Shown here: positions 12,579 to 25,400 of the stretch, piece after piece
Layout: every line of letters begins with the position of its first letter
Position numbering within the stretch: the first letter of the stretch is position 1
Assembly (NCBI GenBank): GCA_024137785.1
Contig: JAHRHZ010000082.1
Span: 5,639,994 to 5,703,993 of the forward strand
Source: Ginglymostoma cirratum
Lineage: Eukaryota
Direction of reading: 5' to 3'
DNA length: 64,000 bases
Translations under genes and position numbers: made by a program
Notes under the pieces: generated by a model
The model's input: the letters and a program-made list of their open reading frames with translations, nothing else
Database searches by the model: none
Told to the model about the DNA's origin: nothing

Positions 12579-15500
12579 TTTATTTATAACCTGGATTTCA
12601 CAATATATTTCATTTTATTTAAATGCATGTTTCCATACAGCATGACAGACTCCAAGTGTTATAAACATTTTAAAACATTATTTCAATTTAATCACCATTA
12701 TTTACAAAGTACATTTATAGTCAAATATCGAAACAATAAGTAGAGTTAAGTGCAATGTATTAAACACTGGCCATTATACAGAATACATAAAATAGTTTAT
12801 CGTCATATCGCCTCCAAACTTTTCAATCTAAACAAAAAAAGCTATCTTTATAGATTATAATTACATTTCACAAACTTTGTAGATGCATAACGTGAGGGTG
12901 GGATATGTTTACTTCTGACCAATTTATTTTTGTGATATGGTCAATGATTTTCCCAAGCACCAACAGTTTTGTTTATAATAAACTTTAAGATGCCACCTGA
13001 AAATTACATTTAGTTTCTGTTTCATTTCGTAGGGCGACACAAATAAGTTCCCTTAAAACCTTTATGGCAACCGTTCCTTGAAAACGCGATATATATCATA
13101 CCAGTTCTGCAAATCATCTGACAATACTGAGCATCCCATTGACACGGCCTGCACACACTAATATACATTACATTCAGCTACAGGCACGGCCTCTTCAAGT
13201 TTTAATAGTCAAAACATTCAACGTGCAGTAGATCCGTTTAACTCTAGATCTAATATACACGCATTTCAAAAGTAGATGCAATGTCATTTGAATTCCATCA
13301 GTCTGTAAGTGACCAAGGGATTTTGATTTCCTCAACTTTGAGATTTGTGCATTGTCTTCCTTTGTTCATTCCCCAACGCCAGAAAAACACGTACGTTAAA
13401 TACTCATCCATAAACACCAACCATCATGAATAATAAAACTGCCCCCATTAATGTCACTCGCCATAATTACAGGTGATTTCTTATAATTAGAATTAACACA
13501 TTTCCTTTGGTAAATCATTTTGACCAACGTGTGCATTTCATCCAAAGTAATTCTCTGCTGGCTGTGTCTGACCCTCAGCAATCATTCTAAAGGTAAATGC
13601 ATACTTACATGTGGTAGAGAGCTCTTCGTGTCAATTCCTTGAACGTTGCTTTTGCAAAGTCTAAATACTTCTAAAGAAAAACTCCTAATCTATACAAAAT
13701 GACCTGAAGGGCAAGAATGTCCCTTTCTCTTGTGAATGTACTTCAGACATCCATAATTATGCTGAGCGTTGTCAGCGTAACCCCATGTTAAAGATTATTC
13801 TTAGCCATGTGGTCCAAGAACGGTAACACGTTTGGATTGCGTAAAGGTGGGATACCTTCCAACCTTACGCGTTTCTCTTAAACGATCCCATTCTCAAAGT
13901 GACTCGATCAACTTTATACAAATCCTAGTATCGGGAAACTTGATCGTGAAGTTAACTAGTTAACTCTAAGGTCGAAGCACACACTAAAAATGTAGCTGAG
14001 AATTTTGACTAAATGTTACATTATGACAGCAGGACTGCTCGACTTTCCCTGCCTTGTTTTGGATCCATTCGGCAAGTCAGAATTCTGGCTGTCTGTTGGG
14101 TGACAAAATTAACTCATTGAAAAAACTGTCTGCGGTACGTGGATAGATCGTTGGGCATAATGGGAACCAGTGATAGAATTCCATCTCAATGTTGCAAACG
14201 AATTTCAAATTGGAGACATGCTGCTACCATTCCGAGTTCCCATGAGTTTTTGGTCTCCCACATATGAGCAGCACAGCTTTACGTAGAAGCTAGTTTAGAA
14301 GAATCAAATTCCTTTCGGAACGATTTCTGGGAGCAGTTAAAATCCAATTTATTTGTGATAGAGGAAACAAGGATCCAATAATACGTTTTAACGCGATTGT
14401 GCTTTTAAAACAACATTGTTGGAACATAGGGTAGTTTTCTTGATAAAGGAACAGAATGCAGACATCAGTCAATATAGCTCCAACCCCATACACCATCATT
14501 CATAACTTAGCAATAAAAGACTACAGGAGCATGAACTATAATGACAACCATTTTTCCCAAAGTCATTTGGATATTATGTCCCTTTTCTTGTTTTTAGTTA
14601 CTTGCTTAAAATAAACTAGTGACTGGCTTACAATGAATGCATCACAACATTAATCAGAAGAGGGATTATCCCTGTTTTTAATTGTAAGGTCAAGTAGGTC
14701 AAGGAGCAGATGTACTGAAGTTTCCAAAAAGCAATCTACCAGCTTATATTTGCAATTTCTATGCAAATATACTTGTTTACCAAAGTTTAGACAGTCCACT
14801 CTCAAGTTGAAAATGAAATGTACGGAGCCATCCTTGGATTTAGTATAAAGGCGTTTGACTTGGCTAATGTCAAATACGTTCAGTTTAGTTCATACATATG
14901 GTGTATATCCAAGAGTAGTCCCAAAGAGTGTGATTCGGTCTTGATACAAAACTGGGGAAAACGAGGAGCAGTTTCCTTCAGAAGTAGTCAGATTTTGAAG
15001 GGACAAGGGAATTGAGTGAAAGTACCTGGGGATGCCTTTCCTCAATTTCTAGGCATTTTTATTCATACAGCAAATCGTCAAGTCATTGTATCGTGGGAAG
15101 ACTCCCCGTTTGCACACGGATGAATAACTTAGTTACAAGCCAACCGTTAGAACAGGAAGCAAAAAGTACAGCATCCTGCTCCGGAACAACTTTTTTATGT
15201 TTTATAGAGATAACGAAAAGTGCAATTGGCATTGTCAAAACACACATTGTATTTAGACTTTTTTAAAAAAATGCTGTAATTGTAAAAAGGAGGCATAAGT
15301 CCGGTGACGGAAAACGAAAAAGTCAACTTAAATCATTGCAGTCAATGCTATTTACTGTTAAGTTACTATCATTTTAGCCATAATCTAGACTCTAAATCGA
15401 GTGCCGAGTCAAAGCACCCTCGAAGTCCATTTATATCTACAAATGAAATGAAGCTGAGTAACACCATCACATACATAGGGGCTCTGTTGACTGGCAGGTG

Positions 15501-15838
15501 GTGAGGCAGACCGACTCCCATCTCACCAACCGGGCAAAAGCAAACGTCTAAACGTTGCCCTATTTGGCTTTAACCTCTTGATGTGTTTAACACTGTTTTA
15601 CCCAACTGCATCTGAAATGCAGCCCAGAACACAGGCGTACGAAACGACGACTTCATTTGTCTCTTGCACTTGATGAGTAACCGCGTTTTACCTACTCGCA
15701 GGAAAATATATACAACCCACAGAAGAAATAAAAAGTCACAATTTCTCCAGCAACACCTCAGTGCTGTTGTGACTGACAGGTGTTAGTCACGATCAACGCG
15801 CTCCCATCACCAGGTTTAGCAAACAAGTTTCGTTTCTT
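12579..15838 (-). other. Probable CBX8 3'UTR with candidate proximal (15058-15063) and distal (12614-12619, 12579-12584) AATAAA signals
   Basis: Repeat-free sequence downstream of the stop codon. AATAAA hexamers on the minus strand. U-rich segment with TGTAAATA (Pumilio element, 12699-12706) just before the distal signals. Confidence 0.5.
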
Positions 15839-16711
15839 TTAAACTTTGTCTTTGAAGAAGCCTTCGTCTGTGCTGCTTTCTTTGATGGTGACAGTCAGAA
15901 AGTTTGACGTAACGTCCGTAACCACCACTTTCTCCAGATTGTTCAGTGATGGGCTCCAAGACTCTTCCTGCTCCGACAGAAATCGGGAGACCTGGTGTTT
16001 AGCCAGCAAGGGAGACTTTGAAACGGGCCTGTCACTGGCCACACACACACTATTCCTGGAGACCGTGCCCTCTGATGCGTGCTTACTGTTAAGTGCAGAT
16101 GTGTCGATCCCTGGTTCACTCTTAGAGGTTGTGCATTCCATGCCCTGTTTAGTCCGAAGGGAGTGAGAGTCTGCACCGTATTTACTATCCCCGTAGCTCA
16201 GTGAAGTGCGACTCAGCTGCGTTCTGGGATTGGGCACAGGACTGCCCAGCTTTGCTTCCTGCCTCTCAGTCAAGTGAATTAACCCACTTTCAACCTTCTC
16301 CTCCAGGTCATCACTCCCTGAATCAAGCTCCTCGGATTTCCGACGTTTAAAATGGGGGTAGGTCGGTGTCCTTCCTTCAACATCGTCCGGCGAACTCCTT
16401 TTGAGGGTTCCTGCACGGACAGCTTGACCGTCCTTGTAGTCCATTTTACCGGGTTTAACCGCTTTTTTCCGGTGTTTATGAGCGGCTGTTTTGTGGTGGG
16501 TTCTGGGCATCTCCTCGACCCGAGCAGTCCTCTCTCTAGAAGTCTCGCCCCTGGAAAGGCTGGCGTGCTGCAGACCTCCCGCGGGGTCTCTCCGGAGACC
16601 TTCTCTCGACCTGGTGGAGGAGAAGGCGGATTCTTGAGCAGACCTGCCCGGGTAAGACATCCTCAGTCCCCTCGCTACATCACTCCGGAAGGCATAGGTC
16701 TTGGCTTTCGC
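15839..16711 (-). CDS. CBX8: CBX8 exon 5 coding part (873 nt including TAA)
   Basis: Acceptor tttttgctctacag|GCG AAA GCC; open frame to TAA at 15841-15839; C-terminal Pc/RING1-binding box. Confidence 0.95.
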   Translation of the reverse strand, partial: AKAKTYAFRSDVARGLRMSYPGRSAQESAFSSTRSREGLRRDPAGGLQHASLSRGETSRERTARVEEMPRTHHKTAAHKHRKKAVKPGKMDYKDGQAVRAGTLKRSSPDDVEGRTPTYPHFKRRKSEELDSGSDDLEEKVESGLIHLTERQEAKLGSPVPNPRTQLSRTSLSYGDSKYGADSHSLRTKQGMECTTSKSEPGIDTSALNSKHASEGTVSRNSVCVASDRPVSKSPLLAKHQVSRFLSEQEESWSPSLNNLEKVVVTDVTSNFLTVTIKESSTDEGFFKDKV

Positions 16712-17420
16712 CTGTAGAGCAAAAACAGCACAACTACTCATTTTGAAGGTTCTGGAGATGTAGGTTAAGAACGAACAGTTGCACTCAAAAAAATAGTTCG
16801 ACCACATTTCTGAAGCATTAAACAGCATTTACCTTCAGTAAAAAGGTTTTGGGTTTAGGTCCACGTTTTTTTGGCCCGTACATTTCTCTTTCACGTTCCC
16901 TGCAAGACAACAGGAAAACGTGGATAATGCTGGCTTTAATTCGCGTTCAAATGAATCTTTGAAATAATTGCAGAACCAGTTTACAGAGATCTTTATTTTA
17001 ATGTCGCTCAAAGGCCTTCACCTCTCGTCAAAGGCTGATATCAGACGGGCGTCCAGGATATTTTCTTCTGGCTCCCACGTACTGTACCTTAAAAGGCGAT
17101 TTAAAAGATAAGTAAGCGTCCATCTCAACGCGACGCGCGCTTCTGTGAGTTGTAAGCACTGCAATGCTGATACTTACTTCGGAGACCAGCCCTTCCATTT
17201 CACCAGGTATTCGACTCGACCCTGAAGGAGGCAGGGGAAGAGAGGGGGGAAAAAAACAACAAACCTGTCATTAAAAACATCGCTTAAAAAGCTGCCGGGC
17301 TCGGAAATGGCAAAGAGGCACAGTCAGTCTGCGGAACGGCGCCCCACATACTTTCCTGATGCGTCGCTTGAGGAGAGATTCGGCCGCGAAAACCCTCTCC
17401 CCCACGGCCGACAGCTCCAT
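15839..17420 (-). CDS. CBX8: Chromobox protein homolog 8 (PRC1 subunit); 5 coding exons join(17352..17420,17178..17221,17022..17087,16833..16899,15839..16711), 1119 nt, 372 aa
   Basis: The spliced translation begins [23 protein letters not shown]|[15 protein letters not shown]|[22 protein letters not shown]|[22 protein letters not shown]|[11 protein letters not shown], giving a chromodomain with aromatic cage F11/W32/W35 and an AT-hook-like KKRGPKPK. It ends in the Pc box [39 protein letters not shown]. All introns are GT-AG with consistent phases; Kozak context atcATGG. Confidence 0.96.
16833..16899 (-). CDS. CBX8: CBX8 exon 4 (67 nt)
   Basis: Acceptor gtcttgcag|, ...[17 protein letters not shown], donor |gtaaat. 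Confidence 0.96.
17022..17087 (-). CDS. CBX8: CBX8 exon 3 (66 nt)
   Basis: Acceptor cttttaag|, [21 protein letters not shown], donor |gtgaag. Confidence 0.96.
17178..17221 (-). CDS. CBX8: CBX8 exon 2 (44 nt)
   Basis: Acceptor ctccttcag|, [14 protein letters not shown], donor |gtaagt. Confidence 0.96.
17352..17420 (-). CDS. CBX8: CBX8 coding exon 1 (69 nt)
   Basis: ATG at 17420; [23 protein letters not shown]; donor AAA|gtatgt. Confidence 0.96.
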
Positions 17421-17760
17421 GATGTTGACTCGCTGGCTCCCGGAACGCAGCAGTGAAAGCACTCGGAGCTTCCCCTCAGCTGGAGCCTCGCTGCCAACCC
17501 ATAATACTCCCAACCCGCTGACGTCGTAACCAATCTCCACCGCGACTTAGTAGCAAACCTCCCCCCTTCTCCTAGCAACAGCGCGGTTGCTAAGTGAAAG
17601 AGGACTGGTGAGTGGGGGGTGGGGTTAGGGTGGACGTGCGCAGCGCTCACGAGAGCAGAGTTACGCCGGGAGCTGGTTGGCGGAGCAGCGTCCCGGGGTG
17701 GGGAGGCGGGACTTGCTCATGAGGAAGTGATGTGTGTGTGTTTGTGTGTGTGTGTGTGAG
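17421..17760 (-). promoter_or_regulatory. CBX8 5'UTR / GC-rich promoter
   Basis: GC- and CpG-rich. CRE-like TGACGTCG 17519-17526; CCAAT 17530-17534; inverted RFX-type half sites CCTAGCAAC 17571-17579 and GTTGCTAAG 17586-17594; GC box 17701-17711; ETS GGAAGTG 17723-17729; (TG)n 17731-17758. Confidence 0.7.
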
Positions 17761-20700
17761 GGAGAGAGATGGGAAAGAGCTGAATGTCTATCAGGATCCA
17801 TTTTGTGGGAGCTGTCATTGAACTGGTAGTGCAGCTTTGGCAGATGGAAATGTCCTTGGTCACTAAAGTTGTCGGTAATGCCAATGTTAGTGCCAAAGTT
17901 CTGTAACAATTTGATTACATTCGACATTTTTACAACATAGATTTGTCAACCCAATGTTATTGTGGTAGAATATTTTGTACATCACATCGATATATTCCAC
18001 GCAAAATATTGGATATTGCTGCTTCAAATTGCTATTTTTGTAATAGCAAATATTCATGATAAATACATATAATCTAAGTTAACGAGGCGTTTTATTGTTT
18101 ATGTGTAATCCGTTTGTGTTATATATTACAGGGATAAAGCACTATTGATTTGTCAGTACATCGTGAAACGTTTAACGCGATGCACTTTATGATACTTGAA
18201 TTATAATACAGTTCTCACGTTTCTAACTTGCACTGTATAATATTCTTCTACAATGTTACTCAAATAGAGATCAATAGTCTCCCCATTGTGCAGTCCTGTT
18301 AAAACGTTTACGTTGACAATGTGTCTAATTAATTACCAGACCCTTGACAAGTTGCAGCATCAGCAAAGCCGGGGATTGAAGGTTCTTGCAAAGAGGAAAC
18401 TATTTCAGTAAAATATGATGCGTGCACTTCATTAATATCTGGTTGATACTTCACATGTAATTGTGTGTATAATTGATTACTCCAAATGAGACACAACGCT
18501 ACACTAGCATGCGACATTATCAAATGATCCATGTAGAATATTGATTCTGAGTGAATTGTAAGAGGAAAATAAAGTTGTATTTTATGAATTGCATTCATTT
18601 CTTCTTGCATGTAATCACCATTCGGAGTATCTATTCTGTCTGTCAAATAGTAACTTCGCGAGTCCAATCATTTATTCTGAATTAGGATACCACGAGGCAC
18701 TTCATATTTCAAACCATCTTCCACAAAAAAAGTAACACGCGAAGGTGTCTCTGTGATTGGATGAAACGAAGCAATGGATGTACAATATTGGACAGTCGTA
18801 TTAAGCTAGTTCAGGAATTCCGCGTTGCCCGAACAAATAGAAATTGATTTGATACATTGATGTTGACTTGAATAAGATTTAGCCTTACTTCAAGAACCGT
18901 TGTGAGATGCCTACTATGACATGAATGCTCTTATATAAACTTTCAGTTGTGGAAATAGGTGGCGCTATGGGTGAGCGAAGACAAGCGTTTAAAACCGCAA
19001 AGGCCTCTGGTGCCAAAGACACTGTTAGTGCAGCTGCTACCTGAGGAAAAAACGTGTCAGATTTAAACTTTAGGTGACTCAGTTACCACACCAATGATGT
19101 AACTGAGGGCGTTGGAAAGATTTTATTCTGAGTAACAGCTGAGCCCCTAAAGCTTACAAACGAACATTTCTAAACGGTAAATCAAAAAACTTAAAGTAAG
19201 TTTACGTGAGCATATTCTCGAATGGGCTTGCAGAGCATTGTTGTTTGAAGTACCCTTATAACATCATTACAGAATAGCCCCGTACAGTTATTCAGCACAT
19301 TAATTCAGAAACCCGTTTAGCTTTCCAAGAGTTTGGAGAATTATATGGACCATCAATAGTAAGATTGCAGTTGACCTTTAGAGTCGAGAATAAGTTATGG
19401 TTAGACAAAGGGTTTATTACGCTGTAGAACAGTCCACGTCAACTTGAATATAGATGTTTAAGTCCTTTTGTAAATTCCAAGCTAGCATATGCTTTGCCAA
19501 CATGAATGTATGTGAATAACGCTGTAGGGATTTAATACATCTCTAAGCATGGTTATCCAAGAACAAAGTGGCCATCCATTTGTAACAATCAAATACAAAA
19601 CAATCCGGGTCGCACTAATGTTTCAATATTACTGTTTTGTGCGTGTTTCAACCTGCTATTTCCGGACATCTTGACTGTTTTATCCAGTGCGTCCTCCGTC
19701 ACAGCAATAGTGCACATCATAGTGATCCATCTCGTTGTTGGGCGTGGCAGTACATTCAAAACAGTACCTAGCTTGTCAATATCATGTTGTGATCAAATCT
19801 GGCATTTGTTCCTTTTCCATGAAAAATGAACCTTGAATAAACATAGACTGAATTGTGAATATGTAGATTATTTTGCTCCACTAATTTAGTTCATTTAATT
19901 CTGAATAATCACCGTGATTTCAAATTAAGTGAATAGAAATTCTCTGTCGTCACTTTCCCATGCTTATTCTGTAGTTAGAGTTTTGTAAGTACTTGCATCC
20001 TTTGATTATCAAATTCTGGAAAAATATTTGGAAATGGAGGCACCGAGCCGACCTTTGAAGATATGGATTTTTTTCTTAATCGCGTTGAGTTGATGTTTTG
20101 GAATTTATTTCGAAGACGATAAACATATTATACTCTGGGTATGATGCATAATAGTTATTTTCAGAAAATGTCTGGGTTCCCCTGGGCGTATGTTAATAAC
20201 AGGGTTTAAAACAAGCATTAGTCCTTCCTGGTGCTGAAGTTCCCATCCCCCAACAATTCTCTATAAATAGTAGGGCGTAAGACTATCTCATCGGAAGTAT
20301 GCAAGGGCTGACAATTTACCTAACTCTGTTTATGTAGTAGCTTTTCTTACACTGTAGGCAATTCAGGGTCCTGGCTAAGTTGCAAAACTAATTACATTAA
20401 AGGCAAAATCATTACATTACAGGCGAAATCATCAATAGCCAAGGTAGCTCTTTCACCCGTCCATCCACACTCTTGTGAGGAGATGTTTTTAGATCAGCCG
20501 TGGCTGTTGGATTGCTTACACATTTGGAACTTTCATGCAGTAGCAGATGGAGCGTTCAGGTTACAAGTCTGGGCGCTGATCCTCTTTGGAACCTCGTGTA
20601 TGGCATCATCGGCATAGTTTGAGATCCTTTACGGTTGAAAAGCTACAGATTTCTTATCAGGATATTCAGCTTTTGAAGGGGTAAAGAAGATATTTCAATA

Positions 20701-22024
20701 TTAGAGTTTGGTTGAAAGTGACCTGAATAAATTTTCGTCCAAATTGCAGTTACTGTCCTTTAGCACTCTAATTCTGCTGTGGCTTTTTAACAAATGTTCA
20801 GTTTTCTCAATAAGTTATGTATGTAGAATTTAGAAGACAATTCACTATCAACTTTTGCAGAGGGCAGATTCCTCTTCGTGACCCCAGATTATGTTGTCAG
20901 TTTTGGTTTTGAAACAGTTCATTGTGCTGATGGCATCTCTGTAGAACCAGTGGTTAAGGATGAGCTGATTTTTATGTTCCCGCAATGAAGATGCATCCAT
21001 TGGATGCAGCGGTATTATTCATCAAGGCCAGAATTAGGTTTAGTAAAGTTGCTTTGTTTTCTGAAGGAATATAGCATGGCAAAAGACCAGATTGGCTCGG
21101 ATCAGGGGTTAATGGAAGTGTTGCATGCAACTAAAGTAAGATTAACGTTGAGATCGTAAAATAGTTGTTGTTTATCATGTTAAATGTTGGTCTCTTTCAA
21201 GTCCATCCCCGACCGCTTGCATGATTTAAATTTACACACGTAAATGCACCTATGGAACTGGATTGAAATGGGAGTGTTTTGTGCAGTTTGCTGAACATAA
21301 TGAGGATTCATGCTGCAGTCATCGCCACTGCTTTGCATGTTATTCATACATTGGAGAAGATGACGAGCTGAACCTGTACAATAGTTAAACAAGGATGATA
21401 GAGTTCACGAGGATAATTCTATTTGAACTTGATTTTCCTCACAGTGTTGAATATTTTTAATCGGAAACTTTAAACGGAACCTGAGCGGAAAAGCAAGAGC
21501 CTAAAGTAACGTGGATCATAAACCATTTTCCTTGTAAGGTTTCTTTCGCACTGACACAACCTGTACTCTTTCACTGATTGGAATAGGCAACCTGCACTTA
21601 TTCTCAATATGAAAGCCAATTATTTATGCTGTCTGTTTAGACCAACTATCTGCATCTTCAACTGTACCTGTGGTTTCTCTCATCGATGTTGTCAACTTAA
21701 TTAGTTTAAAGTTATTGACATTTGCATGCCCACTCGACACTGGATAGGACTGTCCAATCTAGTTCTGCTTTGGACTCATGCCTTCGACAGAAAGATGACA
21801 TTTCCTTCATGAATGTTACCTAGCTTCGAATCCAGTTGGGAATATGAGCAGACAGTCCTATCTCGGTAATTCTCCTTTGCGTAGTCGTGATTGGTTTTGC
21901 GTTCATAGGACCAAGAAGAAATTATGTACAGCATGTATTGAAAATAAGAGTTTAAGACTCATTTTTGTTTATGAAAAATCAAATGCTGTTGTTTATTTAT
22001 CAACAGAGTATGGTGTGAAAGTAA

Positions 22025-22430
22025 TATAGAACAGTACAGTGCATCATGTCTGAACCGACCATGATGCTATTCTAAGCTAATCCCATCTGCGTGCACATGG
22101 TCCTCTATTCTAACTAGGAGACCAATTCTAGTGCTGTTGTGATAAATATTTTTGATTTGCAACCAATTGATCGTGACTTTAGGTTCCAGAGAGTCTTACA
22201 CTTAATCCAGAAATCCAGCGCCCCCACCCCCACCAAGACATTCAAAAGTTGTTTCAACTTCATTACCAGTTTAAAAATAAATATGGCAGCAAGAGTAAGG
22301 CATTCGGCCCTTTGAGCCCGTTCTGCCACTCCCATGGCTGATCTTTTACCTCAGCAACATTTTCCCACGCTATTCATTGATGTCTAGAAATCTATCGATC
22401 TTTGTCTTGAACATCTTCGATGACTGAATT
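22025..22430 (-). mobile_element. Two short CR1 3'-end fragments (22025-22110, 22280-22430)
   Basis: gaacagtacag...ctaatcccatctgc and gagtaaggcattcggccctttgagcccgttctgcca... are antisense CR1 termini. Confidence 0.55.
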
Positions 22431-25400
22431 TAGGTATATTTTAAATCAAACCGCTCGGATATGTTGTGACACACCTCCGGAACAGGTAGATCTTAAAGCC
22501 GGACCGTATGACTCGGTGACTTAGGGAAAGAATCGATACGCCGTAAGACCCTTATAACAAAGTTTATACACTTACAGACACGAGGTCAAGTCACGACAAT
22601 TGGGTGTTCAGCGCGAGAACCTTTTCCGCCATTCGCTTAGACCATGGTTGATCCGTACCTTGGCTTCACATCCCCTTTGATTCAAACCTCGCCAAATAAT
22701 GCATTAATTCAGAACCCTAACTAATGTGAAATATCTTATTTGCTGATTGTTTAACATCGTGTTTGAATAATCAATCTCGCAAATGTGACAGGGGAGGGCT
22801 GATGGGGCGAGCTCAGCATTGAAGCGGTGTGCTCGATCCAGTAGCTGCGTTCGCTGAAGGAGGGGAAATATTACTCTGACTGGTATTTCCACATTGCAGG
22901 CTCCACGCTCAGTCAGTTCTCTCTCGTTTTCGAGGGTGTTGTGCACACTGGGTTAGACACGTGTTTTTGAAAGGGACGCCGCATTTAAACGAAACTATTA
23001 CCATCGAAATTATTCGAACAAATGCATTGATCGCAAGATTTCCACTTTAAGAAATATCGAGAATCATGGGAAGCTCATTGGTGACGGTGTTGAATGTACT
23101 TGAGTAGCAACCACTGGATTGCGAGTTTGAGTTCAAAAGCTGCCTTTCAGCCTAAATTCTTCCCCCCAAAACTACTCTTCCCCCGATGGTCATAGACGTA
23201 TGCATTAAAAGCAGCCTCATCATCTTTGCCAGTTCTACTCTAGTCCCGTGGATTAAGTTGATCATGTAGAAATAGGTTTGATTGATTAACAAGTTGTGGC
23301 TCAGGATGCCTGAGTAAACAGTTTGCATGTTGTTGCAAAAATGCCTAACTGTTGGATGAACAGAAATTTACTATTGATTTTAACTTATCACACACATATG
23401 CGTGTAACCATTTAGAAACATTAGTTCAATGTCTCTTTGGAAAATACATTTTAATCGAATGCCAATGTCAGACTTTCACTCCGTGGTTTAACGACATTCT
23501 CTCATAACGTTTGCCCAAGAAAGTTACTCAACAACCACAGAGCTTTCTCAGTACAATCCCCTTCCTGTAATAATTCAATGCTATGGCACCTACACTGCAT
23601 TCCGGCTTCATTTTGCCTGCAGACTTTCCCTAAGGGGACCTCCTTCATTCTTTATACACACCCACAAGCACACAATTCTCTGCTGAATTTGTTTTCCACG
23701 AAGGCAATCTACCACAATCTTCGTTATTTTATAAATGGACAGTAGGTGCAAACTTTAATTTTAGTGTTCATTCACTCAAAGAAAATACCAGTGCCACGGG
23801 TCTTTCAATTTGTCAGCTTTGGTTATGTGAATTTGAACGTATTTCCCTCCGGGTAATGCTAAATTAGTTTACTTGATAGCTCCAGGCATTTCGACTGTCT
23901 GAACGACTAAGCGCAAACACTTCAAAGCAATGTGAACAATTCATAAACTGCATGAATTATCGTGAGTGAGTTTCCATCGTTAATGCTTTTTAATAATGAT
24001 TTACAGCTCATAGAAATTCCCCAGAAAAAAACCGTGACCCTGCGCCGTTTCTGCCCAGAGTCAAACAGATGTTGCGGCCGGTTGGCGAGATATACAACTC
24101 AGTATATTAACTATTGCGGGAATTTCTGATAATCCTGCACCCTTGTGGGCTGTCGGCGGCTGTTTCTGATGGAGGGGGTGGAGTGGAACGGCAACGACAC
24201 GAGTGGGAAGTATTTTGAAGAAGCAAGTATCTGGAAAACCCCTGAAGCGAGACGGTTGGTTAGCAGATAGGCGGGCAACAGCTCAGTAACAGCAAGGCGC
24301 TGAGAAACAAACTTCAGCGCATGGGATTCAGTTCAGAACAGAAACTGTTCACATTCATCTGAGTGCTGCGTATATCACAAACGCCCCGTTGTTTTGAGTC
24401 AATTTTTGTAATAAGCACCATACATTCAGCAATCTCCCTTCAAGGCCTTCCTCAGTCCACGCCGCAATGGCCGCACAGAACACTTTTCTGCAGATAAATA
24501 AGGGCGCCAGTGATTCGGAATCAAATATTCCGGCAATATTCCTGGTATTCCAATAGCTTTAGCGCCTCGGTCAGTTCATTGGACTTTCTCTTGGCAATGT
24601 GTTAGGGCTGGTAAACAATCCGGCTCTGCACGTCGACAGTTTGAAATCTCTACAAAAGTCTCATTATTTTGCATTCTTCATTCAACTTGACCATTTCAGT
24701 TCCCTATAACTTCATTCTTGAATAGTTACTTATCTGGCATGAAACCTTAAAAAAACCTAATCCTATCTAGATATACACATTGACCCTAGATGACTTGTTA
24801 ATGTAATTTGAGGTAAGTCAAAGGAAGATGCTTCCTGCTCGAGCATGTAATTACGCACCTTAGAGACATATAGGACTCGAATCCAGACCACCTGGTCCAG
24901 AGCAGGGATACCACCATAGCCCCACAAAACCCTGCCAAGGTACACATATTATATGATACCTTTGACGTAGGAGAACGCTTTACAGAATCCAAGCTGAAAA
25001 ATATACATAGCAACTCATTAAGATCTTTAGCAACAACTTTTATGTAATCTTCAACGGAACTATTTTTTATCACATGTATTTTCAGTTGTCTCGTGGTTTA
25101 ATTAACTTTGTTTGTCAGGAATGGTCACGGAGATAAGATAATGATAATTCATAGGTATGGTTCATTTTACGCCAAGACGTTACGTTAACGAATAACCTAT
25201 CTGCACCCTAAAGGACAACTCACCATTTGAGAACGACTGTGACCCGGTGACCAATGTTATTCCAATTGTGAAATGTGACCACCCGATTTGTGTGTTAGAC
25301 TAGGGAAGTCCAGGTGAATCAATTATGTAACTTGAATATGCGCCTTGCTTGGTTGACAAAATTACTAACTGCCATATTGCTACCACTGAACAACTGTTAG

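Noticed and set aside
16430-16444. MDYKD FLAG-like peptide in CBX8
   Set aside because: Coincidental four-residue match within the native reading frame; no vector sequence.
15846-16717. Plus-strand ORFs 15846-16166 and 16352-16717
   Set aside because: Antisense shadows of CBX8 exon 5; no independent homology or splice structure.
17271-17650. ORFs extending CBX8 exon 1 upstream and into intron 1
   Set aside because: They start at GTG-type codons in GC-rich promoter/UTR sequence; the conserved CBX start is the ATG at 17420 in strong Kozak context.
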